Shown piece by piece: positions 37,704 through 51,266 of a stretch of 64,000 nucleotides of DNA. The notes beneath the pieces were generated by a model that searched no databases, was not told the origin of the DNA, and saw only the letters and a program-made list of their open reading frames with translations. The number at the start of each line of letters is the position of its first letter. Within the stretch, counting starts at the first letter, position 1. The DNA is from Dendrobates tinctorius (taxonomy: Eukaryota). The stretch is taken from NCBI RefSeq assembly GCF_039654945.1, contig NW_027361684.1, positions 16,740,001-16,804,000 on the forward strand, in the 5' to 3' direction. The translations under genes and the position numbers were made by a program.

Positions 37704-37900
37704 GCAGTGGGCAGCAGTCCGTCACCGGTGTTACATCCGCAGATGATGGCAACAGTTACTGGCGGATCCGCGGAAAGACGTCGACCGTTTGTGCAAGAGG
37801 AACATTGGTAAAATGTGGACAATCCATCCGCCTCACACATGTCAATACTGGGAGAAATCTACACAGTCATCACTTCACATCTCCATTATCAGGAAACCAG
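37704..37900 (+). CDS. SDF2: SDF2 exon 2
   Basis: GSGQQSVTGVTSADDGNSYWRIRGK...NLHSHHFTSPLSGNQ; cag/gt sites; 197 nt restores phase 0. Confidence 0.96.
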
Positions 37901-38135
37901 GTGCGTTATCATAAAGTGGCTCGCGTAGATCGGTGATTACGGTGTATATATATCTATACATCTATCCCAAAATCCCCCTGTGTGATTGAAGCAGAGATGT
38001 GCAGGTTGACACCTTTCTATTCAAACAGAAGACTGATACCCCATTCTTAGAATTGGTCAGATACCCATCTATGATGTATCACATAACCTGTGGATAGGTA
38101 ATAAATGTATTTAGTGGAAAAACCACTTTAGTTTA

Positions 38136-39960
38136 TGTCACAGGGTCCTTCTCCGATATCACACAATCAACAGAGCAAGAGAGTAGTGAACAATTCCAAG
38201 ACCTTTATTTAGGCAAAAATACGAAAAGTCCATATACGATCCACTACTCAAAGGGTGAGATAGTCCAGTACCCGAATGCAGTTCATTAACAGGATAAAAG
38301 TCCAACAATCCAGCAGACAGAGGAAAACACAATCCACATACTCTTCTTTCTCTGTGAGATAGTGTGATCACATCATCATTCCACACATGATCTGTCTCTC
38401 ACCTCCCTGATATTTTAAAAGTCCCTCTCATTCACAGGTCAGGAGGGGGAAGGTCACAGGGGCTCCATGTTTGAACAAGCTAATTCAATGTCATTAGCAT
38501 ATTAAGAAACAGGATTATTCACTGACCCTGTGAGAAAACAACAATACAGTACTGTGGGGGCTGATATCAGATGGCAACAACAGCCATTCATCAATTAGCA
38601 AATAACTCCTCCTACAAGAGAACACCATGAAAATCAGTAAAATATTAATACAGATAAAATGATACCCACATACCATATCCCACCATCACAACCTCTCCCC
38701 CCTCTTAATAAGTGAGCACTCTGAGGTCTACACAGACTTCTGGTCTGCTCACTTTAGTCCACTTTGCTCCACTGTTTATAGTTCCTTTTACAGTGACAGG
38801 GGTTGCAATAATCATGAATTTCCGGGTCCTGGCGTTACGGTCATACCAGGTTTTTTGACTGGACTGGGCCGTTCACTGATGTTCATTAGCCAAGGTAGCT
38901 AGCTGGGCGAGACAGTCTCTGAACTCTAAAACGTAGGGAATGATGGGCGTTCCGATGTCTGTGATATCTCCTTCCAATTGTTCTTTCACGAGCGAGAGGC
39001 CCACAGACCTTCTGGCCAAACAGATTGCTCCCCAGTGAGGTCCGGATGTCGTGGTGCTTGAAGGGCCTGTAGTCGGGTGACTGCTCCCACAAAATGACAC
39101 TGTAACTCCCCAATGTCATTTCCAGGGAGGATATCTGCAGGAAGTCCTCTCATCCTCCCATGACTCCTATCCAACACAGTTTTTCTCCAAAACCATAATC
39201 CAAATGTACCAAAGCTCGCTGTATATATTTGCGGACACCCCCCGCCAGGACAATGGGAATTCTCGGGTCCTGGTGAATTGCCTCTTGTCGAACCACACGG
39301 GGGTCAGCGATAGTCAGGAATGCCCCCGTGTCCATCAATTAAGACATCCTGCAGGTGGCGTTGCCATTGCTTTGTATTTCTGAGGGACAAAGGCTGGAGT
39401 CCATACACTCCAGGAGGGGTATCTATGGTGCCCTGGTCGGTGGACCTCTCAGGTGGGGGTGGTGGTAACTCTTAGGAGGGATGGAGTGCACAAAATGCAC
39501 TGGACGAGTTGGGGATGCGTGGGGCTCCCTCCGAATCCTTGAGGACAGCTGGATTGCACATGCCCAGGTTGCCTACACCCATAACATTTCCTCTCGGTGA
39601 TACCCCCAGGTCGTGGTTGGAACTGTTGGGGCCCAGGATTGTGAGGCGTGATTGTCATTGGCCTGCAGCTGGGTGGAGGGGCAGTTATAATCTCAGGGGG
39701 CCGGGGTGCGAGAGAAGGCTGTGGTTTATTCAGAAGCCTCCTCCATTGCAGTCGGATAGTAAGGGCTTCATCGGCCAGGGCTGCAGCTCTGTCCATGGTG
39801 CACGGCGTGCGTTCCCGTCCCGGACCCATTCCCGTAATTCTGCGGCGCACTTGGCAAAAAATTGTTCTATAAGGAATGCCTGTATAACATCTTCCTGTGG
39901 CTTTGCGTCATAGGAGATTGTCAGTTTCACAATACTTTGCAATACCATTGGATTGTATCA
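38136..39960 (-). mobile_element. Deleted Gypsy-type LTR retrotransposon (3' LTR 38136-38690, PPT, gag/protease remnants)
   Basis: On the minus strand, polypurine tract gaggggggagaggt precedes TGTGA...TGACA. Also CCHC knuckle CYGCRQPGHVQSSC, protease DTGA, and SCAN-like EQFF...LREWV. Confidence 0.85.
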
Positions 39961-40189
39961 GCAATAAAACGATTGCAGATTCTAGTTTCCTTAGAGGACT
40001 ATTTAAAAATGTAAGAAAATGTTGAAATTTTGCCCCTTTTCTCCAAACGTACAGAGCAAAAGGTGAAAAAAAAATTAACATATCAGCCGAACGAATACAA
40101 CAAAAAATATTTAGCCCATATTGTGAACGCTCAAAAGGAAATAAAAAAAATAATAATTTCCAGAGTGAGCCATTTTTGTTTGCTACAAT

Positions 40190-42132
40190 TTGTATGTTTG
40201 TCATGCTTAAATTTTTCAGATCACCAAAACAAATTTGAATATTAGACAAAGATAACACAAAAAGCAGTTTATAGATGAAGGTATTTATTAAGGGAAAAAG
40301 AAATCCAAACCTACAGGGCCCTGTGTGAAAGTACTCACTCTCTTTGTGGTCTAACACATATTTGGGAAGCTGAGTTCAAATTCTCTAGTTAAAGGGAATC
40401 TGTCACCCCTTTTATGAGATCATATAATATAATTCAATGGTGTGTCACATAAGGATTCTCTTAGTACTTTTGCTTCCCCCTGACCCCGCACCTTTCATGC
40501 ATAAATACCTTTTTTATATCGGTTCAGATGTATGTAAACTGCCGCTGTCCGGTCTGCTGGGCGGGGCTTATTCAACTGCTCCTCCCCGCCCTGTTTTGCT
40601 CTACACAAGAAGAAATGCGTAGAGCAAGACAGGGAGGGGGGGAAGCAGGTGAATAAGCCCCGCCCAGCGGACCGGACAGCGGCAGTTTACATACATCTGA
40701 ACTGTTATAAAAAAGGTATTTATGCATGAAAGGTGCGGGGTCAGGGGGAAGCAAAAGTACTAAGAGAATCCTTATGTGACACACAATTGAATGATCTCAT
40801 TATATGATATCTCAAAAAAGGGGTGACAGATTCCCTTTAAGCCCAGTCCTGATTACTTCCACACCTGTTCTCAATCAAGTAATCACTTAAATAGGACCTG
40901 CCTCACAAAGTGAAGTAGACCAAAGGATCCTCAAAAGAGAACCAAAGAAATTCTGGAACAAATGAGAAACCAAATAGTTGAGATCTGTCAGTGTGAAAAA
41001 GGTTAGAAAGCCATTTCTTAAGCTTTGTGACTCCAGGGAACCACAGCGAGAGTCATTATCCACAAATGGCGAAAACATGGAACAGTGGTGAACATTCCCA
41101 GAAGTGGCTGTCCGACCAAAATTACCCCAAGAGCGCAGCTACAACTCATCCAAGAAGTCACAAAGACCCCAGAACAACATCCAAAGAACTGCAGGCCTCA
41201 CTTGCTTCAGTTAAGGTCAGTGTTTAACTCCACCTTAAGAAAGATACTGGGCAAAAATGGCCTGCATGGCAGAGTTCCAAGATGAAAACCACTGCTGAGC
41301 AATAAGAACATGAAGGCTCGTCTCTGTTTTGCCAGAAAACTTCTTTATGATCATCAAGACTTTTGAGAGAATACTCTATGAACTGAAAAGAGAAAAGGTA
41401 AACCTTTTGGAAGGTGCATTTCCCATTACATCTGATGTAGAAGTAACACAGCATTTCAGAAAAGGAACATTATACCAATAGTAAAATATGGTGGTAATAG
41501 CATGAGGGTCTGGGGCTGTTTTGCTGCTTCAGGACCTGGATGTCTTGCTGTGGTAAATGGAGCTATGAATTCTATTGTCTACCAAAATATCCTGAAGGAG
41601 AATGTTCGGCCAACTCAAGCGCATTTGGGTTATGCAGCGGGACAATGATCCAAAGCACACAAGCAAGTCCAACCTTGAATGGCTTAAGAAAAACAAAATT
41701 AACACTTAGCAGTGACCTAGTCAAAGTCCTGACCTTAATCCTATTGAGATGCTGGAACTTAAGAAGCCGACTCATGCTCGGAAACCCTCCAATGTGGCTG
41801 AATTACAACAATTCTGCAAAGATGAGTGGGCCGAAATTCCTCCAGAGCGTCGTAAAAGACTCCTTGCCAGTTATCGCAAATGCATGATTGTGGTTGTTGC
41901 TGCTAAGGGTGTCCCAACCAGTCATTAGGTTTTGGGGGGCAATCCCTTTTTCCACACTGGGCCCTGTAGGTTTGGATTTAATGTTCCCTTAATAAAGACC
42001 TTCAGTTATAAACTGCATTTTGTGTTATCTTTGTCTAATATTTACATTTGTTTGGTGATCTGAAACATTTAAGTGTGACAAACATGGAAAAGAGAAAGTC
42101 AGGAAGGGGGCAAACACTGTTTCACACAACTG
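40190..42132 (+). mobile_element. Decayed Tc1 transposon with long (~200-bp) TIRs; left end truncated
   Basis: 40190-40330 is inverted relative to ~41950-42085; right end cacacaactg-TA. Remnants [31 protein letters not shown]. Ends ~58 bp before the SDF2 exon 3 acceptor. Confidence 0.88.
40393..40836. mobile_element. TTAA-flanked palindromic MITE (T2/Kolobok-like) nested in the Tc1
   Basis: TTAA-AGGGAATCTGTCACCC...GGGTGACAGATTCCCT-TTAA; arms of ~190 bp are nearly perfectly complementary. Confidence 0.88.
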
Positions 42133-42190
42133 TATATAGGTCTGTTAGGCAAGTAACCACTGACATATTTCCTTCTTGTTCATTGTGCAG

Positions 42191-42478
42191 GAGGTCAGCG
42201 CTTTTGGAGATGATGGGGAAGGAGATATCTTAGACGACTGGACTGTACTCTGCAATGGGGAATTCTGGCAGCGGGACGAGGAGGTGAGACTGAAGCATAC
42301 GTCCACCAGTGTGCTTCTGTCCATCACAGGAGAACAATATGGGCGCCCCATAAATGGACAGCGAGAAGTACACGGCATGACCTATGCAAGCCAGCATAAC
42401 TACTGGAAAGTAATGGAAGGCATCTTTATGAAACCTAGTGAACCTCCACGGACTGACTACACTCACTATGAGCTATGA
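42191..42478 (+). CDS. SDF2: SDF2 exon 3 (stop codon); total protein 218 aa
   Basis: EVSAFGDDGEGDILDDWTVLC...WKVMEGIFMKPSEPPRTDYTHYEL*. Head-to-head position with SUPT6H and a non-HDEL end favour SDF2 over SDF2L1. Confidence 0.96.
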   Translation, partial: EVSAFGDDGEGDILDDWTVLCNGEFWQRDEEVRLKHTSTSVLLSITGEQYGRPINGQREVHGMTYASQHNYWKVMEGIFMKPSEPPRTDYTHYEL

Positions 42479-43117
42479 CCGCTAGCACAATGACTGCTTC
42501 AAAGTCATTCGGTCTTTTCTTAACCATATAGTGTTGACCTCCTCCGAGGATTTCTCCAGGATCTCACGAAGTTCACTTTGAAGAGCTGGTCGCAGCGGAT
42601 TATGGGGCACAGTTTTGTATGGTGCACCCGTGTGTCGGTATTATTATTATTTCATGTTTTTATCTTATGGCAGCAATTCGCCGGATTCATCCATGAGCAT
42701 GACCCTGCAAAAGAGAAAAAAAAAATGATCATGTATGATCTCTGCAGCAAATGGTTTTTAAATGAAAAAAAATCTTAAGTTGTTGTTTTTCTCTTAGAAG
42801 AAAGAAAAATTTAAAATATTATTGTAATAACTTTCAGATTTCCTTTGTATTTGTGAATCTTTTGTTTTTTTTCTCCCAAAAGCATTTTTTGGGGTCCGTA
42901 TCATGCACATTTAATGCTTCACTCTGGCCGCGGCTGTCATACCCGGATGACAGCTCTGTAACATAGCCGGCATCCACAGCGTGCAGAAATGCTTCCTCCG
43001 CACTTGGAGACTCCTGCCCAGAACATTTAGGGTGTCTTAATGCAGGAAAGGGGTAAAGAGGTAGTTTCCCCATGAAAACTCTCTTTTCAGGGCATATAGA
43101 TTTCCTAGCGCTCAAAT

Positions 43118-43967
43118 TTAGTCTTGAGCGAACGTGCTCGGATAAGGTGTTATCTGAGCATGCTCGGGTGCTAAAATAGAGTATCTTCGGCGTGCTCGAA
43201 AAATATGTTCAAGTTCCCGCTCCTCCATGTCTCGCGGCTGTTCGACAAGTGTTACGCAATCCCTGCATGTGTTGTGGCTGTTGAACAGCTGCGAGACAAG
43301 CAGCCGCGAGGACTCTAACATTTTTGGAGCGTGCCGAAGATACTCGATTAGCACCAGAGCATGCTCAGATAACATCTTATCCCAGTATACTTGGTTAGCA
43401 CCAGAGCATGCTCAGATAACATCTTATCCCAGTATACTTGGTTAGCACCAGAGCATGCTCAGATAACATCTTATCCCAGCATACTCGGTTAGCACCAGAG
43501 CATGCTTAGATAACATCTTATCCCAGCATACTCGGTTAGCACCAGAGCATGCTCAGATAACATCTTTTCCCAGCATACTCGGTTAGCACCAGAGCATGCT
43601 CAGATAACCTCTTTTCCCAGTATACTTGGTTAGCACCAGAGCATGCTCAGATAACATCTTATCCCAGTATACTTGGTTAGCACCAGAGCATGCTTAGATA
43701 ACATCTTTTCCCAGCATACTCGGTTAGCACCAGAGCATGCTTAGATAACGTCTTTTCCCAGCATACTCGGTTAGCACCAGAGCATGCTTAGATAACATAT
43801 TTTCCCAGCATACTCGGTTAGCACCAGAGCATGCGCAGATAACGTCTTTTCCCAGCATACTCGGTTAGCACCAGAGCATGCGCAGATAACGTCTTTTCCC
43901 AGCATACTCGGTTAGCACCAGAGCATGCGCAGATAACACCTTATCTGGGCACGTTTGCTCATCACTA
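43118..43967. mobile_element. hAT-like MITE with an internal 47-bp tandem expansion (~13 units, 43345-43945)
   Basis: Same family as 27158-27463; the segment ttagcaccagagcatgctcagataacatcttatcccag repeats every 47 bp. Confidence 0.85.
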
Positions 43968-45469
43968 TGGGTTATATATGAAAATGGCTACTCTCGGTAT
44001 GCATCTGTACACACCTGCTGTTTTTTAAGTGATGGTCAGTCTTTTGTTAGCAGTGCGTGTCTGATGGCTGTATCATTAGAATTAGTTAATGGCCATGCAG
44101 ATTTCACAAAACCGCCCAGCCATTAACAATTGCCAACCCGGCTACATGCGTCCAAAAGGCCACTCACCATGATGCCCAGTTTGGTTACAAAATCTTTTGT
44201 CCATGATGCATCCGTGATGGGCAGACTTTCAAACCAGCACGTTAGATGGAAATTAGTCTGATTTTTTTTTATATTTTTTGGCTTTTAGATTAAACCTGGA
44301 GTGGATTACCTTACGGAATCCATTCACATGTCCGTTTTTCACTTATATGCGCTATTTATTTTTTTTAAATAGATAAAACATTGCAGTCTATGGGCCTTTT
44401 CAAGTGCAAAAAATACAGCTACGTCTGACTGTAATCACATTATGGTTATTATAAAAAAAATCATAATTACACTTGTTAGATCAAACTCATTCATTCAAGT
44501 ATATGGGTCGGCGACGATTACAGGCATCGCACGGGTGTTATGTGAATTCCATCTGTGTGCTATCCATTTTTTTGGGGTCACCGAGTATTACTGGTAATTT
44601 GTTTTTAATCTCTGCTAGGGAGAAAAAAAATACTGCGGGTGAATAAACTTTCAGGCTGCGTTCACACTGAGTTGTTTTAGACAGTCGGAAACCATGCGGT
44701 CAAGCCGCTTTCGGGGCTCTAGTGGTTTGTGCAGTTTTTCTTTTCTTAAAGCATTCCTTGAAGATTTTTCTCCCCAGAAAAAAGTTCTTTGCAGCCTTCT
44801 GAATGGACAGTGTCTAGTTTGGAGAGGTGCACTTTTTATTTTTTACAGCAAACATTTTTCAAAACTTCTGGATCAAAATCTAACGTGTCCACAATTTTCC
44901 ACGGACTGAGAGGTCTGTGAAAAATCATGGACATGTGAATGGCCCCATAGACATCACAGGTGGAAAAACACGGATAGTCATTATACGTGAAGATCGGCCA
45001 TGTGCAAGAGCCCGTAGGGCATTGTGTTTGCTGGAGGCTGGAAGTCCATTATGTACCGCCATGTGGTCCTCTGTCTGATGCAGGGTGTCGGGACATCCCT
45101 TATAGAAGCAGTACTTCTAGATAAGAGGGCCTTTTTTTATTCCGACTTACAATGGAGCAGGCCATGTTATACGGAGGTGCAGTAAGGCCGTATACCCTCC
45201 TGTGTCTCTATTGACTACAAGAAGCATCTTCTCCATCTTTGATCCGACCTGATTCGCTTATTCTGTTCTCTTGGATTAGTTAGCTACGTCAGATCAGTAT
45301 TCCAAAATATTTAATTGAAATCTAAATTCTGAAGATATGAGAATTAAGATGTAGTGAGAACTGAAGAGCTAGCTTACCCTCTCCTCTTTGTGGTCGCTAA
45401 CGGCTCTTACAGCTAAAAAGACCCCCATGGTCCCAGTAAGAACACGTGTCAGGCCAGTCATGTTGCCAA

Positions 45470-45581
45470 AACACTAGGAAGTACCGAACTGTAGCTAGGT
45501 ATATTACTCTTCAAAATGACCCGGCGTTTCAGAAAAATATACCCATAGTTTCCTGTGTCCCCCAATGAAGTGATAGAGAAA
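45470..45581. mobile_element. Small DIRS terminal-repeat remnant
   Basis: atacccatagtttcctgtgtcccccaatgaagtgatagagaaa resembles the DIRS termini at ~12800-12842 and ~1700-1740. Confidence 0.55.
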
Positions 45582-46934
45582 TATATAAATAATCCGGCAG
45601 AGGAGCAAAGACTAGTCCGATTCTGCCTATGGCCGGCTTCTCCCAGAGCCACAGTGCGTGATTGACAGGATTCTGCCTGGTGTGTACATAGGTAGACAGC
45701 TGTCAATCACCTGCAGCAGAGCTGGGAAGAGCCAGTCAAGGGCGGATACGGTCTGGTCTCAGGTTATGGATCTCCAACGTTTATCTTCTCTGAAACACCG
45801 CAGCTCCATACAATAATATACCTGGCTGCACTTTGGCAGTCGGGCTGTGATTCGTGCTGCCCGTGGTTTGACCCTGGCAGGTTCCTTTTTTGGTCCTCCA
45901 AATATAGGACAGTTGTGACACAGACTACGTATATGCTATAAATCCCTCATTTAAAAACCACTTCAGCCTATCCTGATATGTGACTTACAGGAGCTGAGCC
46001 GAGGCCAAACATGGTGGGTTTTGCTGTGTTCTACAACAACCTGTCTGGAAACACAGCGATTATAGACATCTTTCATCCTCACAGTTTAACCCTTCAGAGA
46101 TGTTGGGTAATACTGACCATGAGTGGTTATGCAGTGTCTCACAATACTGATAGTTGTCATCTTAGTACTCCTATTAAAGGGTTATTCTCACCATGTGTCC
46201 TGAGCAACACCCTGCCCCCCAGCCTCTGTCAGTGCCTAGCAGTTTGGGGGCATTCCTCCTTGAGTGACAGTTCTGGCTCAGCAGCTTCTTCCTATGGCTG
46301 AGCTTCCTCCTGTGATACTTCAATGTCTGCTTGTTCTGAAGTCTACACTACACTATTATCATGTATTTGCACTCAGAGATAACAGGGACTGTGAACAAGC
46401 AGGGATCTAGTGATAATATTAGTAGAACTGCTCTGGAAACTGCCAAACATGGAGGATTGTGTTTTATTGCAAGACTGAAAACATCAGCTTCAGGTCACAG
46501 AGGGGCGAGCAACTAACTGCTGTGTAGGACTCGGTGGGCTGGAAAGAGTTAACTTCTCAGACTACTCTGTAGCTACTCCTATAAAGTATGATGCCAATAA
46601 AAGTGCCCCCCCCCAATACAGTATGAAACCCCAAAAGTGACTTCCTCCACAGTAAAACCCCCCCCACCCCTACAATACCCTCTGAAATGTATGATACCAA
46701 CACAGTATAATGACCCTCCACACAGTATGATGGCCCCAACACAACCCTCCACACTGTATAAAGGTCCCCCACATAGCCTTACAAACAGTATAATGGCTGC
46801 ACACAGCCCGCAAGACTGTATGATGAACTTTACTTGTCCTCCAAACAGTATATTTGACCCTCACATAGCCCTCCAAATAGGATTATGGCCCCCACATAAC
46901 TCTCAGGATAATGACCCCCATCTCTCCAGTCCAT

Positions 46935-48282
46935 CCTTAACTCTGCCGCCCGACTAATTCATCTCTCTCCTCGCTACTCCTCTGCTTCTCCCTCTGCAAA
47001 TCTCTTCACTGGCTCCCATTCCCTCAGCGTATCCAGTTCACATTACTAATACTGACCTACAAGGCCATCTATAACCTGTCTCCCCCATATGTCTCTGAAC
47101 TAATCTCCCGATATCTTCCCTCACGTAATCTCCGGTCCTGCCAAGACCTCCTTCTCTCCTCCACATTTATTCGCTCCTCACCCAACCGCCTCCAAGACGT
47201 CTCCAGAATAGCCCCTATTCTCTGGAATTCCCTGCCCCAACACGTCCGGCTATCAAGCACACTCGGATCCTTCAGACGGAACCTGAAAACCCACCTCTTC
47301 AGGAAAGTCTACAGCCTGCAATGACCCCGCTACCTCCTCTCTCACCACAACCGGTGATATCACCTCAACCAACACCGGAACTGCTGCAACCCACCGACCT
47401 ACTGTCTTCTTCCCCACCATCCTGTAGCATGTAAGGGCCCCGTCACATAGCGATCTCGCTAGCGAGATCGCTGCTGAGTCACAAGTTTTGCCGGTATCGC
47501 TGATCGCTGCAAGAAACCTCTGGACATTTCTTTTGTCGCTGGTCTCGCGCTGGCCAGCACGCATCGCTGCGTGACAGGCGGGAGACCAGCGATCAGCTGG
47601 TAATTAACGTACACATCGGGTATCCAAGGGACGGGCGTCCCTTAGAAACCCGATGTGTACGTTAGTTAACGAACACAGCAACGCCGCGCATTTGGCATCG
47701 CTGTGCTGATCGCTCGTGAAGCTGCCTGTGTGACAGCTCACCAGCGATCACATAGCGACTTACCAGCGATCCTGACACGTTGATATCGTTGTCGGGATCG
47801 CTGGTGAGTCGTTATGTGTGACTCCAGCTTAAAGGTACTGTCACACTTAGTGATGTACCAGCCATCCCGACCAGCGATATGGAGGTCAGGATCGCTGGTA
47901 CATCACTAAGTGGTCGCTAGTGAGCTGCCACACAGGCAGATCTCACCATCAACATCGCAGGGGTCGGGGGTCGCTACTTACCTGTCACACCAGGCGATCC
48001 TGCGTCCTCCCGCCCGCCTCCACGCGTCGCGGTCCTGAACGTTCTCGCGCGATCAGCAATAACCAGCGGGGGAGCCGGTCGGAGGTAAGTATCAGACATA
48101 GCGATATCGCTTAGTGTGACAGTACCTTAAGCCCAAAACGGCAGGGTCCTCTCCCCTCTGTATCAGTCTGTGATTGTTAGCTTGTTTATTGTAAGTGATA
48201 TCTGTAATTTGTATGTAACCCCCCTTCTCATGTACAGCACCATGGAACCAATGGTGCTATATAAATAATAATAATAATAATT
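46935..48282 (+). mobile_element. 5'-truncated L2/CR1-clade LINE 3' end, interrupted by two MITEs
   Basis: AARLIHLSPRYSSASPLCKSLHWLPFPQRIQF..LTYKA..LWNSLP..FRRNLKTHLF, then a 3'UTR ending in an (AAT)n tail. Confidence 0.88.
47435..48127. mobile_element. Two chained palindromic MITEs joined at TTAA (~47830)
   Basis: gggccccgtcacatagcg...gtgtgactccagct-taa-aggtactgtcacacttag...tagtgtgacagtacct-taa. Confidence 0.85.
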
Positions 48283-48497
48283 AATATAGGCCTCCAAATA
48301 GTAGAATGACCCCCACACTGATTAAAAAATACTCCTCTCTCCCTGTTCCCTCGGTCTCTGCATTGTGTGTCCTGAAGCTTTGCACTGCTCAGTGTGCGAT
48401 GTAGGAAGAATGATGACGGGAAGAGCTGACGCTCCTGGTCCATCATTGCTTTCAACTGTATCTGCTTCCAGGATGTAGATACAGCTGAATTTGTGAT

Positions 48498-49186
48498 GCC
48501 GTGTGGGGAGGACCAGTGCCGGCACCGGGCCCCATCGGAGCCGTGTGGGGAGGACCAGTGCCGGCACCGGGCCCCATCGGAGCCGTGTGGGACCAGTGCC
48601 GGCACCGGGCCCCATCGGAGCCGTGTGGGCAGGACCAGTGCCGGCACCGTGCCCCATCGGAGCCGTGTGGGGAGGACCAGTGCCGGCACCGGGCCCCATC
48701 GGAGCCGTGTGGGGAGGACCAGTGCCGGCACCGGGCCCCATCGGAGCCGTGTGGGGAGGACCAGTGCCGGCACCGGGCCCCATCGGAGCCGTGTGGGGAG
48801 GACCAGTGCCGGCACAGGGCCCCATCGGAGCCGTGTGGGGAGGACCAGTGCCGGCACCGGGCCCCATCGGAGCCGTGTGGGGAGGAGCCGTGTGGGGAGG
48901 ACCAGTGCCGGCACAGGGCCCCATCGGAGCCGTGTGGGGAGGACCAGTGCCGGCACCGGGCCCCATCGGAGCCGTGTGGGGAGGACCAGTGCCGGCACCG
49001 GGCCCCATCGGAGCCGTGTGGGGAGGACCAGTGCCGGCACAGGGCCCCATCGGAGCCGTGTGGGGAGGACCAGTGCCGGCACCGGGCCCCATCGGAGCCG
49101 TGTGGGGAGGACCAGTGCCGGCACCGGGCCCCATCGGAGCCGTGTGGGGAGGACCAGTGTCAGCACCGGGCCCCATTGGAGCCGTG
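48498..49186. repeat. 42-bp GC-rich minisatellite (~16 units)
   Basis: gccgtgtggggaggaccagtgccggcaccgggccccatcgga. Confidence 0.97.
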
Positions 49187-49837
49187 GTCTGCCGATATTA
49201 GCTGTAGGCCACTTGGCGTCTACAATATGAAAGAAATAATTTTATATTTTTTAGACAAGATTTTTAAGGACGTGGAATAAACAGTCTCCCATCTCTTTAC
49301 TTCGGCTCAGGCTGCACATGTCTGTGGGGGCCATTTTTAACCACTTAGGTGACATTAATGCACGCCAGCGCAGGGATGAGTATAGCTGGATGGAGATCAG
49401 GAGCTGAGCTGTGTTATATAGCAGATATGTGTATTAACACCTGAAGCTGAGCTCTGATCGCTGCTGTTAACCATTTAAATGCCTCAGTCATTTTGTTCAT
49501 AGTTTTTATACTGTCTGCTCAAATAATCAAAATCAGCTTTTGATGTTTGTTTTTCCATATCACTATCTATGTATTAAAAAGAATGAAATCTACCAGATTC
49601 ACACATCCAGACTTTCAGAAGTTTCATTATCCTAACATATGGGTTTAGTAACCGATAACACCACTATACACAGCTTATAAGTGTGGTCCTTCATAGATAT
49701 CACAGCTCACCTCTTCCCCCTCCTGTCACATTTAGAGTATGCTCAGTTAACCTTTCTATACAAATAGGGTCTGACTCTAAGGCTGTATAAAAATAAAAAT
49801 ATTCAATTAAATGACAGCAAGCAGAGATCTTGAAAGA

Positions 49838-50682
49838 TTGGTGCCCTGTGCTCTTCACAGATGAGAGCAAGTTCAAACTGAGCACATGTGACAGATGTGA
49901 CATTCCGGAGACGCCGTGGAGAGCGATTTGCTGCCTGCAACATCCTTCAACATGACCGGTTTGGCAGTGGGTCAGTTATGGTGTGGGGTGGCATTTCTTT
50001 GGAGGGCCGCACAGCCCTCCATGTGCTCGCCAGAGGTAGCCTGACTGCCATTATGGATGAGATCCTCAGACCCCTTGTGAGACCATATGCAGATGAGGTT
50101 GGTCCTGGGTTCCTCCTAATGCAGGACAATGCCAGACCTCGTGTCTGGAGTGTGTCAGCAGTTCCTGCAAGATGAAGGCATTGAAGCTATGGACTGGCCC
50201 GCTCGTTCCCCAGACCTGAATCCGATTGAGCACATCTGGAACATCATGTCTCGCTCCATCCACCAACGCTACGTTGCATCAGACTGTCCAGGAATGGCGG
50301 ATGCTTTAGTCCAGGTCTGGGAGGAGATCCCTCAGGAGATCATCCACCGCCTCATCAGGAGCATGCCCAGGCGTTGTACAGTAGGGAGGTCAAACAGGCA
50401 CGTGGAGGCCACACACAATACTGAGCCTCATTTCCTTGACTTGAGGCTTTTCCACTGAAGTTGGATCAGCCTGTAATTTGATTTTCCACTTTGATTTTGA
50501 GTATCATTCCAAATCCAGACCTCCATGGGATATTTATTTTGATTTACATTGATATTTTTATGTTTTTTTTTTGTTTTCAATTTATTCCACTATGTAATGA
50601 ATAAAGATTTGCAACTGGAATATTTCAATCAGTGATATCTAGGATGTGGTATTTTAGTGTTCCCGTTATTTTTTGGAGAGCA
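49838..50682 (+). mobile_element. 3' fragment of a Tc1, same family as 19654-23585
   Basis: [31 protein letters not shown]; degenerate right TIR gttcccgttattttttggagagca. Confidence 0.88.
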
Positions 50683-51266
50683 AAGTAATTCTATGAGGCT
50701 GTAACGCTGGGGTCAGGAGAGCTGCGACCAGCCCGTGCACTCCGATTCAAGATCAGACCGATGATCACGGACTTCTGAAAGAGCCCTTGGTAAAAATCCT
50801 CAAAAACCGAGGGATTCTAGATGATATCGTTTAGTGCTAGCTGACAAAGTTGCTGGCCACTTCACAGGTGGCCGGTTTCCTAGGCAAGGAGCGCGGGCTG
50901 GCTTAGTGTTTGTTGTGCAGCGCCGGCCTGAATCTGGCAGGGTCGTTAGATTCCAGCGCCCCCCTCGTGGCGATAGTTGGCTGATCGTAAAGGTCCAGCA
51001 CTGACAGATCTGTGGCGATAGTTGGCTGATTGTAAAGGTCCAGCACTGACAGATCTGTGGCGATAGTTGGCTGATTGTAAAGGTCCAGCACTGACAGATC
51101 TCTGCCTGTAACCAGCGCTGACTGATGATATGACTGCTCCGGTTTAGTACGAGTGTTCAGTCCCCATACAGTGCACGCCTTTGGCAGCGCAGCCCTTGCT
51201 AACACATGGAGCCGTCCTGCTGACGATGGCCGGGGTGCAGATATTCGGCTGGTCACTGCCGGCTTA

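Noticed and set aside
48228-49280. Collagen/elastin-like Gly-Pro ORFs
   Set aside because: Product of a 42-bp tandem repeat open in nearly all frames.
50700-51260. Possible LTR starting TGTAAC with three 39-bp repeats
   Set aside because: No matching right end or TSD identified, so left uncalled.
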